Shown in pieces: positions 26,001 to 41,000 of a stretch of DNA of 64,000 bases. Every line of letters starts with the position of its first letter. Position 1 is the stretch's first letter. The translations under genes were made by a program, and so were the position numbers. This DNA is from Tubiluchus corallicola (lineage: Eukaryota > Animalia > Priapulida). The stretch covers positions 1 through 64,000 of the forward strand of contig JAQGDQ010000330.1 in NCBI GenBank assembly GCA_030141605.1. Reading direction: 5' to 3'. The notes under the pieces were generated by a model, which saw nothing but the letters and a program-made list of their open reading frames with translations, did no database searches and had not been told where the DNA came from.

Positions 26001-29000
26001 ATCTGAATTTGCAAAATCTGCCTCCTCGCAGCTTTCCATATTAGTGAGTACAGTAGCAACATGACAAACATGGGCAAGTAAACAGTCATAAAGGTAGAAA
26101 CACCATACACCACAAAATCATATCCAGCCAGGCAAATCAAAACGATCGAGTAAAACCATGCTGCAAATATGGCAATGGCTAAACTTCTTCTAGTGATATA
26201 AATGTTGTACTTGTAAGGATATAAAACTGCAAGATATCTTTCGAGGGCTATCAGACACAGGTGTGCTGTACCCACACTAAACACAATGATGTGAACAGTT
26301 CTTAAATGAAATCTATGACGTGCTTGAAACAACCAGAATGTAACCTCTAAGGGCAGTGCTAACAGTCCATACAAAAGATCCGTTATGGCTAGTGACACAA
26401 TAAGCACATTCATTTTTGTTTGCAGCTGTTTGTACTTGGAAACTGCAACCACAAGTAACAAGTTACCGGTAATTATAATCAAAACTAATGTTACAACTAC
26501 GCACAAAACCAATACAGGGACAGTATGAGACCATTTATGAGTACTGCTAATGACTGCTAGTATAGAAGAGTTTGTAGTATTTCCAGCAGACATTGCTGAA
26601 TTGAAAGCAGCATTATAAGTCTTATGACAAGTTGTTTAGTCACTTCATAAGATTATCGACTGCTAGAAGAGTCTTTAAAACACGCTGACAGTAAAATCGT
26701 CCAGCTAAAATAGTGAACTACAGAGAACAAGAAAATAAGGTGCGCTGTGGTGTAGCAAGCGGCACAGCCACCTAGAATCCAAAAGACACAGGTTAAAATC
26801 CGACAGAAGAAACCAAATTTTTTGCTCACTTTCAAATTGTCTTCACTTCTGTTAGTTATAAAAATGTCAACAGATGTCACTACACTACATACAAACACCA
26901 GTCACCACCATTTCTAGGGCTGGTGTTCCCATTTATTAGAATTATTAGACTAACAGAAGCTCGTGTACTTTAAGCTGATAAAGTTTCCCACAAGATGAGC
27001 TGAGCTGTTCATAGCCACCTTCACACCACGTCTTTATATCTTTTTTTCACATTCACCTCAGATGATAATACAGCATTTCAAGAAACTTTGATAATCATAT
27101 AAATTTTACTAATAATTTCCTTACTTATTCTGTCCCCTACTAAGGCTAAAAGCAAAGTGAACTGAGAGTTGCATGTTTACTTCGAAGCATGCACGGCAGC
27201 TGAGCCAACGAAAGAATGGCACCTTTAGGCTTTGTTGACTAGGCACCGCCAATTAAACAATGGTGTGTTACAGCACTTATGTGCTGACTGAACAAAATAT
27301 GGAGAAAACATGCTGCCCCCAAATGGAAAAAGCTCAAGCAACTATTTCAGATTCAAAATAGGTTTGCCGGGACGACTGGGGTGTTACTGATACATGGAAC
27401 AACCTCCTGGATTATTTATATGATGGTGGGACAGACTGCTTCACACTTGCTTGAAAAGTACACTAAATTAAGAATTAAACTTAGATACATAATCAAGTGT
27501 CTATCTGTTAATGTATAAACCTGTGGATAGAAGGAAGGGCAGTCAGTGCTTCAGTGTAAAACTGTTAAAGGAATACAGGATGATTTTTCACAATGTATGC
27601 ATTTTAACACCAATAATGCTGTAAAAGGGTTTCTGATAATTATAATAGACTAAAATCTTAATTTACGGGCAAGCCCAGCTAGTGATGACATCACATACTA
27701 ACATCATTTTCAAAATCAAAAACGTTCTATGAGCATGTTGCACATGTTTGCAAAAGCAAAAAAAGAAGTACAGTGCTACTGTCAGAGATACTGTAATAAT
27801 ATTCAGCGTGTTGTAATAAAATGTGGCAAGTTTTAAGATAGAAATTCAAATATCAAATTTACCGCTGTACCCACACTCATGAGCTGTTGAACGTGTGTAG
27901 TTTGTCACATACAAACACATCTGAACCGAGAAGTACAGCAGCTGTTTTTTGTGCAACCTTTTCCGAAATGCAGGCACCTAGTGCCCGTCTAACTAGCGAA
28001 ATGCATGTAACAGTGAAGAACTAGCGTTGCGAATGCGAAGTTGCATTTGTGTGGTTATAACTGTTTTACGTAAATCATTCTTTAAAAAATAGTATGTTTC
28101 CTTTCAATATTTTGAAGAATAGGTTGTTTTGACCTACAGTTTAACACTGTTTTGCTTTAATGTCATTCTTTCTACGTGAGTCACTGCGAGTGTGTTTGAT
28201 TAGCGATTTATTATGCACTTAACATGATATGAGAGAGTGGTCAAAGCTATCGACCAGCGAGTGAGACAGGGTATTAATATCATGTAGTAATACTTTGGAG
28301 TTAAACTGTGCAAAAGGTTTGATCAGTATTAACATTGGCACTTTTGTTCTCACCTGGCATGCATCACAAACTAACCGAGAGCAAGGTTTGATCGCCGGTC
28401 AGTTTGTGAACAACTTCAATGCCACACATAAACCCATAAGTCCAAAAGCTAGAATATACGACTACTGGGAAAGCTTAAATTAGTCTTGAAGAATATACTC
28501 CTAAAAGTCTTTTACAACACTAGAAATTTGGGATGCATTCAATTAGTAAAAATTTGACAAAAAACATCTAAGAGAGCTTGACTACATTTAGAATAAACCT
28601 GTACAAAAATTTTTTTATCTGAAGAGAGAAAACAAGTTTACCTATGTGGATAAAAACGGACAAATTTTGGTTCATAATGTACAGGACACAGAAGTTGCTG
28701 AAATTAATTCAGATCATGATTAAAGTAAGGTAAACTGAAGTTATAGTTAAAACAGTGATAGACTGAGATATAGTTATAACTGTTTTTTGTTATCGAGATT
28801 TCAAAAAAAAAATACATAAAAATACAGTAGAAAATAGTAGTAGTAGTAGTGGTATAATCTTTATTGTAATTGCCACCCGAACTCATATCACTTGAATTGC
28901 TAACCTGGACCAAAAACACACATCCACAGCAATGTATTAAGTGACATTTGGGAGGATTTAGCTTTTGCTAAAGCATCTATGGCCAAGCTAGGCATGCAAA

Positions 29001-32000
29001 AGCAAATTTTGTTGCCGTCACTGTTTTCATTCTTAGTAAGCGCCATTAATAGCATCCTTCACAGCTTCAAGTGCAGAGGTATCATGTCTCAATTGTGATT
29101 GTCAATTTTTTTGTAATTATTTCTTTTGGTTTGGTATTTTCAGCTAATCTCATCGCAAATTAATGGATTGATGGTAACAAGAACTTAAATACACAAATCT
29201 AGTGGCTTCAATGCCAATGTTTTAAATCACATATGGATGGATAGTTGTTATAAACTTATTTTAGTTGAAAATTTTACAAGCAATCTTACTGTGAATTAAT
29301 GCCTTGGTAATAGCAGTTGAGATATCAAAATTATCTAGTCACAAACGACACTAATTGGGTTTAGTTTTAATGTTTGAAATCATTCAAGGGCAGTTATTAA
29401 AACAAATCAAAAGCAGGATTTCAATTCCTCCAACCGTTGTGAGAAGGTAGATTTATGGTAACAACTGCGCAACTCTATTCACCAATAAAATGGAGCATGT
29501 GCTATACTCATTCTCACAGCAAGTAGCCAGAGTTTTCAGTCTGACATAATCAAGTTTTTCAACATCAACACTAATAACTTATTTCTTAATAATCGCTAAC
29601 ATTTAGTGTCGTATGATTGCATTTACTCGGCGACTTTCATTTGCATCTTATTATCTTCTTGAAGGCCGCCCTAAACTTACTGTGCGAAGCTGCATATATT
29701 ATTGGATTGGCAGCACTGTTGCACATACTGAGGAGCAGCATGACATGAAAAATGTTACTGGGCACGGCAAATGTAGAGAAGTCATGAATCATTCGTGCAA
29801 GCAATGCTGGACCACAAGTAACAAAAAACACAATGGTGACAACTGTCAAAGTCCTAGTTGCCTTCATCTCAATCACATTTGTGTTAGTTTGTCGGTTCTG
29901 ATCATGAATTTGCAAAATTTGCTTTCTTGCAGCTTTCCATATCAATACATACAATACCAGCATGACAAACATAGGGAAAATAACTGTCATTATTGCGAAA
30001 ACAGCACGCTTCACTAAATCGTAGACATCCAAGAACACCAAAATGACTGAGTAAAACCATACTGAAAATATGGCAATGGCTAACATTCTCCTCGTGATGT
30101 AAATGCCGTACTTGTAAGGATATAAAACTGCAAGGTATCTTTCAGTTGCTATCAGACACAGGTGTGTTGTACCCACAGTAAACACTGCCCAGCGAACAGT
30201 ATCTAAATACTTTACAAGACCTGTTAGAGAAAACCAATATATGATTTCTAAAGGCAGCATTAGCAGCCCAAACAATAGATCCGTTGTTCCTAGTGACACA
30301 ATAAGCACATTCATTTTTGTCTGCAGTTGTTCGTACTTGCAAACTGCGATCACAGTTAATAAGTTACCAATAATTATCACCAAAAATAATGCTACTTCGA
30401 TGCACAAAACCACTATGGGCACGGCAATGAACCAGCTGTGAGCCCTGCTAATACTACCTGCCAGTATAGATAAGTTTGTAGCATTTCCGTAGGACATTGC
30501 TACATAAAGAAGTAGCCACTACAAGACATTTTTTGGTCACTCCGTAAGATCATCAGCCGTACGAACACCACAAAAACATCCCCTGGGAAACAGTGACAAT
30601 AAACGCTATTCATTTTCCATTCAGGAAAGCTGATCAGCTACCAAGGTAAGTGTCACAGCTTTAAGATGAAATTCCCAATGGTGTAACTTCAATTTCCAGT
30701 GAACAATAAAGAAACTTATCTGATTCTAATTGATTTTACACGTCCGTCAAAAACTCCAAAACACGTTACTGCATTATGAAAATTGATATACTGTTTGTAG
30801 CATGCTTTATGGGACTAGCAGTGCCGTCTAGTAGAATTATTACTAAACGTACAGCAGCAAGTGTAGTTTTAAGCTTAAGCTTGACTAGAACAGCTGTTAG
30901 CAGTCCGTCACTGATTTAGATATTTAGACTGACAGTGACTGCATAGCATAACTTTCCTAACTATTAAACCAAATCACGAACCCAGTAGTTCTGAAAAGAA
31001 AGAGAACTGTTTTCACTTGGAAATGATACCTAGTGGATGCCTCTCAAGGAGATCTGCACCCACACAACTACTGAAAAGAGCAACAACAAGTAGAGGTAGC
31101 TGAGTCAACAAGAGAATTACACCTTTTCAATGTTCTTCAATGTCACCACGTGTTTGTCTAACAAACAAACAGTCTGTGTGACATGATTTATGTGTTCAAG
31201 GAGGTGAGAACCCAATGCTCCAAAATAAGTATCGCACCTAGACTACAGGAACAAGAGACCCACACCCTTGGCCTGCTGTTCAATAGGTATTTCTAGGTGT
31301 TTGTCTGGCAACACCAAACAAACGGCTGCATTTCATCACTTGTGTAACATTGATGAAAGAGTGCTGGTGAGAAAACAATGCCTCAAAACACATAGCAAAC
31401 TCCAAACTGGTGGTAGACATTACCACAAAATGCAATACCCCGTTACTGATTATTGGCAGACGCAAATTTTTGAATTCATAATTCTCTTCTTGCCGATCCA
31501 ATGCATTCACATGCAACAATTTGAAGTGCAGTGATCTTACAAATTTAATTTCTGAATAGTACCATCATAAATGATCCACAAAATAATTATCTGGAAAATC
31601 CAAATGTATTATGACACTTGGTAATTCAGTTTCTAGTTCAAAAGGGTCTCCGTCTACCACAAATAAAACTAAAGATATTAATGGAATTTTTGTTAATACA
31701 GTTCCAACTTTTTCGACACTGAGTTCCTACTAGCGAGTTCTCGCATTCTCATTTTCTTTATCAGATAAGTACACTTATCAAAAACAGTCCAAAAATGTGT
31801 TTATCACTTTTATGATTTGAACGCATTAGGCCCTGGCACAGAGTCGGCTCTTCTGTAGCGTAGACAGTAAATTCAGTCCCTGTTTACTATATAGACATAG
31901 ATTTTGAATTCATATCAAATAAATGTGAACTAGTGTCTCCAGAGGTCTTAATTTTCATTCGCATCTTGTAATCTTCTTGAAGGCCATCCTGAACTTACTG

Positions 32001-35000
32001 TGTGATGCTGCGTATATTATTGGATTGGCAGCACTGTTGCAGAGGATGAGGGGTACAACGATTGTAAAAACATTATTAGGCACGGAGAATGCAGAGAAGT
32101 CACGAATCATTTGTGTGAGCAATGCTGGACCACAAGTAACAATAAACAAAATGGTGACAACTGTTACAGTCCTAGTTGCCTTCATCTCAATCACACTTGT
32201 GTTAGTTTGTCGGTTTTGATCATGAATTTGCAACATTTGCTTTCTTGCGGCTTTCCATATCAATACATATAGTGTCAGCATGACAAATATAGGGAAAGTA
32301 ACAGTCATTATTGCGAAAACAGCACGCTTCATTAAATTGTATTCATTCAAGCACATCAAAATGACTGAGTAAAACCATACTGCAAATATGGCAACGGCTA
32401 ACATTCTCCTCGTAATATAAGTGTTGTATTTGTATGGATGTAAAACTGCAATGTATCTTTCAATTGCTATCAGACACAGATGTGCTGTGCCCACACTAAA
32501 CACTATCAAGCCAACAATCTCTAAATATTCTACAAGGTGTGTTAGAGAAAACCAATATATGATTCTTAAAGGCAGTACTAACAGCCCATACAAGAGATCC
32601 GCTACAGCCAGTGACACGATAAGCACATTCATTTTTGTCTGCAGTTGTTCGTACTTGCAAACTGCAATCACAACTAACAAGTTACCAGTAATTATGACCA
32701 AAACTAGTGCTTCTTCTATGCACAAAACCACTATGGGTACAGCGTAGGACCATTTGTCAGCACTGCTAATGCTGCCTGCTAGTATAGAAGAGTTTGTAAG
32801 ATTTCCGAAAGACATTGCCAAAAAGAAGTATGTTTTTGGTCACTCCTCAAGGTCATCAGCCATATGGACATCCGAAAGGTGTCTCATCTCCCTGGGAAAC
32901 ATTGACAGTCAACACTGTTCACCTTCCATTCGGAAAAGCCGGCCAGCTACCATAGTAAGTGTCACAACTTAAAAACAAAGTTTCTCCACAGTGTAGTGAT
33001 GAAAGCAGTCACACAGAAAGCAAAAGACCCAAGTCTCAATTTCCAGCAGACAATAAAAGTTACCCTCTTCATTCTCGTTGATTTCACTATTTCATCAAAA
33101 ACCGTTAAAAGATGTCACTACATTATGAATATTTTATTATTAGCAGAGTTGTTTAGATGATCAGCCATATGAACAGCCCCGAAATCATCCCCTGTAAAAC
33201 ACTGACAGTGAACACTGTTTATATTCCAGTCAGAAAATACGGTTAGCTACCAGCTTAAAAATGAAATTTTCGAATGTTGTAACAGCAAAATTTCACTTAT
33301 CTGGCAAAAACTGTTAATAGATGTCACTACATTATAAACACCAATATACCGTTAGCAGCATGGTTTACACTGCTGGTATTGCCACCTAGTAGGGTTATTA
33401 TTAAACTAACAGGAGCAAGTGTAGTTTTAAACTTGAGCTTGATGCTAGAAGAGCTGTCTGCAGAACATCACTTCTCTGCCCATTTACACTGACAGTGATT
33501 CATTTCACAGCACTTTGAGAAACCTTGAGAATCACTAAACCCTATCCCTATTAGGACTGAACGCAAAGTGAACTGCTTTCACTTGTGAATGACACTGGAA
33601 TGTGTGCCACTCACGAAGAGGTGTTTGTGCGTCACAAAAGAACTAAAGAGCAGAATCGAACTGTAGCAGCTGTGCCAATGAAAGACTCACACACTTGGTC
33701 TGTTGTTCAATTCTGAAGGACAAAACCAAACAAACAATTCTACATTATATAAATTGAGTTTAACACGTCGTTTATTGAATACAGACAATTGTTTTAAGAT
33801 AAATGCCATTTTCAAAGCTAAAGATTAAACCAAAAGAAATAATCACTACATTTGAGACACTAAAATTACACAACCATTACAAAATCAAAACAGTGAAAAC
33901 TAAGTGAACATCTTGAGTAGTGGAGAAAATATCCAGCACCTTGGAGACAATTGAGGCTTTGTATATTAAGACGTTTGCATTTTAAAAATGACTAAGAAAT
34001 AACTAGAAACCGCAGGCTGCTGCCTTCTGTTGGTGGCAAATGTAATGAATAGTGAACAAAATCTGCCATTTTAGCATGTAATCATTATAATCCCAGAACG
34101 TTTCACAAAGTTTTTATTTGTACCACTTCATTACATTTGCAACAAATAGAAAGCAGCAGTTATCCCTTAGACACTTTTAAAAAATGCAAACTTCTTAATC
34201 ATGGTCATGAATTTAAATGCCTAATATTTTTTCCTTCAAATATTAGAGTTTTAATTTAAAACTGTTTCACTCTCAGTTCTCAGTGTAGAATTATAATTTC
34301 TAATTGTGACTGTAACAACATATTTCTATTAAAATTTTTACAGCAGTCTTACTGTAAATTAATGGCTTGATAATGACAATTAATGTAGATATCAAAATTA
34401 TCTGGTCACGAATGACAATAACTGGTTTTAGTTTTAATGTTTGAAATCATTCAAGGGCAGTTGTCAAAATTAATCAAAGGGAGGATTTCAATTCCTCCAA
34501 CAGTTGTGAGAAGGCAGATTTATGGTAACAACTTTGCAACTCTATTCACCAGTAAAATGGAGCATGTGTTGTACTCGTTCTCACAGCAAGGAGCCAGAGT
34601 TTTCAGTCTGACATAATCAAGTTTTTCAACCACACTCTTGGTTAAACAGCATTTACTGCAAGTTAAAGTAAGAAGAACGTATTTCTGTATAATCATTAAC
34701 ATTTAGTGTTGTATGATGGCATTTACTCAGCGACTTTCATTTGCATCTAATGATCTTCTTGAAGGCCGCCCTGAACTTACTGTGTGAAGCTGCATATATT
34801 ACTGGATTGGCAGCACTGTTGCAGAGGGCGAGGAGTAGAATGATTATAAGGATATTATTGGGCACAGAGAATGTAGAGAAGTCATTAATCATTTGTGCAA
34901 GCAATGCTGGACCACAAGTAACAAAAAACACAATGGTGACAACTGTCAAAGTCCTAGTTGCCTTCATTTCTATCACATTTGTGTTAGTTTGTCGGTTCTG

Positions 35001-38000
35001 ATCATGAATTTGCAAAATTTGCTTTCTTGCGGCTTTCCATATCAATACATACAATATCAGCATGACAACCATAGGGAAAATAACCGTCATTATTGCAAAA
35101 ATAGCACACTTCACTAAAGTGTATTCATCCAAGTACATCAAAATGACTGAGTAAAACCATATTGCAAATATGGCAACGGCTAACATTCTCCTCGTGATGT
35201 AAATGTTGTACTTGTAAGGATGTAAAACTGCAAGGTATCTTTCAATTGCTATCAGACACAGGTGTGCTGTACCCACACTAAACACTATCCAGCGAACAAT
35301 CTCTAAATATTTTACAAGATGTGGTTGAGAAAACCAATATATGATTTCAACAGACATCCCCAATGGTCCATACAAGAGATCCGCTACTGCTAGTGACACG
35401 ATAAGCACATTCATTTTTGTTTGCAGTTGTTCGTACTTGCAAACTGCAATCACAGTTAACAAGTTGCCAATAATTATGACCAAAGCTAGTGCTACTGCTA
35501 TGCAGAAAACCATTATGGACAGAGTAGAAGACCATTTATTAGCACTTTCAATGCTACCTGCTAGTATAGAAGAGTTTGTGAGATTTTTGAAAGACATTGC
35601 TAAAAAAAGTACATTTTTGGTCACTCCTTAAGGTCATTAGCCATATGGACATCCAAAAAGTGTCTCCTCCCCCTGGAAAACATTGACAGTCAACATTGTT
35701 CACCTTCCATTCGGAAAAGCTGACCAGCTACCATAGTAAGTGTCAGAACTTAAAAACAAAGTTTCTCCACAGTGTAAAACACTGACAGTGAATACTGTTT
35801 ACATTCCAGTCACAAAATACGATTAGCTACCAGCTTAAAAATGAAATTTTCCAATGTTGTAACAGTAAAATTTCACTTATCTGGGAAAAACTGTTAATAG
35901 ATGTCACTACATTATGAACACCAATATACTGTTAGTAGCACGGTTTACACTGCTGGTATTGCCACCTAGTAGAATTATTATTAAATTAACAGGAGCAAGT
36001 GTAGTTTTAAGCTTGAGCTTGATCCTAGAAGAGCTGTCTGCAGAACATCACTTCTCTGCCCATTTACACTGACAGTGATTCATTTCTTAATAACATTGAA
36101 AGCAAAGAGAACTACTTTCATTTGTGAATGACACTGGAATGTGTGCCACTCAAGAAGAGGTGCTTGTGTGTCACAAAAGAACTAAAGAGCAGCATCGAAC
36201 TGTAGCAGCTGTGCCAATGAAAGCCTCACACATTTGGTCTGTTGTTCAATGCTGAAGGACAAAACCAAACAAACAATTCTACATTACACAAACTGAGTTT
36301 ACCACGTCGTTTATTGAATACAGATAATTGTTTCACCATAAATGCCATTTTCCAAGCTAAAAACTAAACCAAGAGAAATAATCACTACATTTGCGACACT
36401 AAAATTACACAACCATTACAAAATCAAAACAGTGAAAACTAACTGAACATTCTGAATAGTGCAGGACCTTGGAGACAACTGAGGCTTTGTATATTAAAAT
36501 GTTTGCAGAGCGTTTCACAAAGTTTTTCTTTGTACCATTTCATTGCATTTGTGCCAATAGAGGAGAGCAGTATGTAGTCACCAGTCTCTTGGACATTTTT
36601 AAAATGCAAAATTCTTAATCACGGTCATGATTTTAAATGCCTAATATGTTTTCTTTCAAATATTAGAATTTTAATTTAAAACTGTTTTACTCTCTGCTCC
36701 AACCATAGAATTATAATTTCTTAATTGTGACTGTAATAACAATTTTCATTTAAAATTTTTAAAGCAATCTTACTGTGAATTAATGCCTTGACAATGACAA
36801 ATGAGATATCAAAATTATCTGGTCACAAGCGACAATAACTGGTTTTAGTTTTAAAGTTTGAAATCATTTAAGGGCAGTTATTAAAACAAATCAAAAGCAG
36901 GGTTTCAATTCCTCCAACAGTTGTAAGAAGGTAGATTTATGGTAACAACTTTGCAACTCTATTTACCAGTAAAATAGAGCATGTGTTGTACTCGTTCTCA
37001 CAGCAAGGAGCCAGAATTTTCAGTCTGACATAATCATTAACATTTAGTGTTGCATGATGCCATTTACCAAGTCACTTTCATTCGCATCTAATGATCTTCT
37101 TAAAAGCCGTCCTAAACTTACTGTGGGAAGCTGCATATATTATTGGATTAGCAGCACTGTTGCAGAAACCAAGCAACAAGAAGACCTCAAAAACTTTCTG
37201 GGACATGGAGAACGTAGATAGATCAATGATGAGTTCTGCAAGAGCCGATGGACCCCAAAAAATAAAGAACACTGCAGTGACAATGGCCAGAGTCTTTGTT
37301 GCCTTCATCTCTGTCACTTTTAGATTAGTTTGCTGGTTTTGATTGTGAATTTGGAAAAGCTGCTTTCTCGCTGCTTTCCATATTACTGAGTACAGTAGCA
37401 GCATGATAAACATGGGCAAAAAAACTGTCATTGTATTGAAAACGCCATATATCGCCAAATCGTATCTTTCCAGGAACATTGATACGATCGAGTAAATCCA
37501 TGCTGTCAATATGGAACCTGCCAATGTTTTTCTCGTGACATAAATATTGTACTTGTAAGGATGTAAAACTGCCAGGTATCTTTCGAAGGCTATCAGGCAC
37601 AGGTGTGCTGTACTGGCACTGAACACTACAATGTGAATGGCGCCTAAAGCAAATCTATGGCGTGCTTGGAAGAACCAGAATGTAACCTCTAAAGGCAGTG
37701 CTAACAGCCCATACAATATATCCGTTACAGCCAGTGACATGACAAGCACATTCATTTTTGTCTGCAGTTGTTCGTATTTGCAAACTGCAATCACAACTAA
37801 CAAATTACCAGTAATTATAACTAAAACTAATGCTACTACTATGCATAAAATGACCACAGACACAGTATGAGTCCATCTATGAACACTGCTCATGCTATCA
37901 GAAAGTAAAGAAAAGTTTGTAGCATTTCCGGAGGACATTTCCAAATAAAGAAGTCGGAACTACGAGGTATCTTTTGGTCATTCCATAAGATAATCAACCA

Positions 38001-41000
38001 TACAGGCACTCTGAAAGCATCCGGACAATAAAAAAATTTCTCCTACATTCTTATTGATCTGACAAGTGCATCAAAACTGTCAATAGATGTCACTGTGTTA
38101 TGAATATTAATATACTGTTAGCGGTGCGGTTTATGGGACTGGTATCTCCATCCAGTAGCATTATTACTAAACTAACAGAAGCAAGTGTAGTTTCTTTCAC
38201 TTCATCGCCTTTTTACACTGACAGTGGTTGTACACAGTTTGAGAATCCTTGAGAACCATTAAAGTAAAATGCCAAAAGCTCAATTAACGTTTTTTGATGT
38301 GCTTTGTTAATTATCCCATCCTTATTAGCAGCGAAAGTAGAGGGACATGTTTTCGCTCGTGGATGATGTTCAGCGGACGCTTCACAAAGAGGGCCCACAT
38401 ATGCCCAGAAAACATTAAAAAGAGCAGCATCAAGCAGCACCTCTGTTGAGTCAACAAGAGAATTTCACCTTTTGGATGCTCTTCAATACTGCCACGTGTT
38501 TGTCTGGTGAAAAACAAAGAAGGCTATGTTACATCACTTTTGTGTTTGCGGACAGAACAATACAATGGTCAATAATGTTCCTCAAACATTGTGTCTAGGC
38601 ATTGAAAACAAGAGAATTGCACCCTTGGCAACCCGTTCAATATTTCCAGGTGTTTGTCTGGCAAAATCAAATAAACAGCTGTATTACATCACATATAATG
38701 TTCATAAAGGATGCTGGTGAGAAAACAATGTTTTCAAATATATAGGAAACTTCAAACAGGCAAAAACCAAGATCAGAACGTACTATGACGCATGTTAATT
38801 TAGTAAATTAATGGATTTTTGTCCATATTTCTCCGACTTTTTTGATACCGAATGCTTATTGTTCCATTTGCCCTATTTTTTGCTGCCACATCTATATACC
38901 ACACTAAGACGAGACTTGAATCAGTCCAATACGGGCTCAAACCTGGGCCCACCCCATCTGCAATGAAAATATCATTCTCACCCTCTCACTTTATCAGTTA
39001 AGCATACTTATAAAAAACAAGGAAGAAAATATGTGCTTACAACTTGCGATTTGAATGCAGGAGGCCTTGCCACAGCTTTGGGCCTTCTGTAGTGTAAACA
39101 GTAAATTCAGTCCGTTTTACAACATAGAGACAGATATGTACATCAGATAAATTAAACCTGAACTCGTTCATCTTGAGGTGTAGACCAAGAACCCCAAAAC
39201 AGGCATCTACAGCAGGGTGCTAAGTAACATTAGAAAGGTTTCAGCTTTCAGTAAAACATAACACCCTTCAAGCTAAATATACAAAAGTAAAGTGCTGTTG
39301 CCATCATTGTTTTCATTCTTAGTAAATGCCATTAATAGTCTCCTTCACAGCTTCAAGTGCCGACATATAGTCTCTAAATTGTGATTGTCAATTTTTTGTA
39401 ATAATTCATTTTGGCTTAGTATTGTAAGCCAATTTCATTGCAAATTAATGCATTGATAGTAACTATTAAGAACATCAAATAATCCTTCAACACGCAAACC
39501 TTGTGGCTTCAATTCCAATGTTTTGAGCCACATATGGATGGATAGTTGTTACAAACAGTCAGAGGCGAAATTTTAGCTGCTTCTGCAGATATAGAGGCAG
39601 TGGATTTCTGGCAACAACTTTCTAACCTTGTTTAGCAGGCTACTTAAAACCGATAGCTGACATACTCATTCTTGCTGTCCTCAGGTGTGGCACAATGCGA
39701 GAAAACCATAATTGTTGATGAAATTTGAGTAAAATAAGTTCCCACCCTGAGCCATTTAATACACAATTTCATTATTAAAGAAATATATTAAAGTACGTTA
39801 GAATGACCATTCTGTTAATGCAGCTGAAGACGTTAGTAGGTGCTAATAAAATGTTCTCTAATGAAATTTGTGCTAATAAATACTGAATGGCTTTGAAATG
39901 CCAAATTTCTTTCAGTCATTCAATTTTAATTTTTAGGCTCTCGAGACTCTAGGAATGCCAGAACCTCGCAAGTCAATCTACCCAAAAGCATATCAGCTTA
40001 AAATCAGTAACACTTTATTTTCACTCGCATCTTATGATCTTCTTGAAAGCTGTCCTGAACTTACTGTGTGAAGCTGCATATATTATTGGATTGGCAGCAC
40101 TGTTGCAGAAGGCGAGAAGTAGAATGATCAGAAAAATATTATTGGGCACGGAGAATGTAGAGAGGTCATGAATCATTTGTGAGAGCAATGCTGGACCACA
40201 AGTAACAAAAAACACAACGGTGACAACTGTCAAAGTCCTAGTTGCCTTCATCTCAATCACATTTGTGTTAGTTTGTCGGTTCTGATCGCGAATTTGCAAA
40301 ATTTGCTTTCTTGCGGCTTTCCATATTAATACATACAGTATCAGCATGACAACCATAGGGAAAATAACCGTCATTATTGCGAAAACAGCACGCTTTACTA
40401 AATTGTATTCATCCAAGAACATCAAAATGACCGAGTAAAACCATACTGCAAATATGGCAATGGCTAGCATTCTCCTCGTGATGTAAATGTTGTACTTGTA
40501 AGGATGTAAAACTGCAAGGTATCTTTCAATTGCTATCAGACACAGGTGCGCTGTACCCACACTAAACACTATCAAGCGAACAAGCTCTAAATATTTAACA
40601 AGATGTGGTTGAGAAAACCAATATATGATTTCTACAGACATCCCCAATGGTCCATACAATAGATCCGTTGTTGCTAGTGACACGATAAGCACATTCATTT
40701 TTGTCTGCAGTTGTTCATACTTGTAAACTGCAATCACAACTAACAAGTTACCAATAATTATGACCAAAACTAGTGCTACTGCTATGCAGGAAACCATTAT
40801 GGACAGAGTAGAGGACCACTTATTAGCACTTTCAATGCTATCTGCTAGTATAGAAGAGTTTGTAAAATTTCCAAAAGACATTGCTAAAAAGAAGTATGTT
40901 TTTTGGTCACTCCTTAAGGTCATCAGCCATATGGACATCCAAAAAGTGTCTCCTCTCCCTGGGAAACATTGACAGTCAACATTGTTCAGCATCCATTCGG

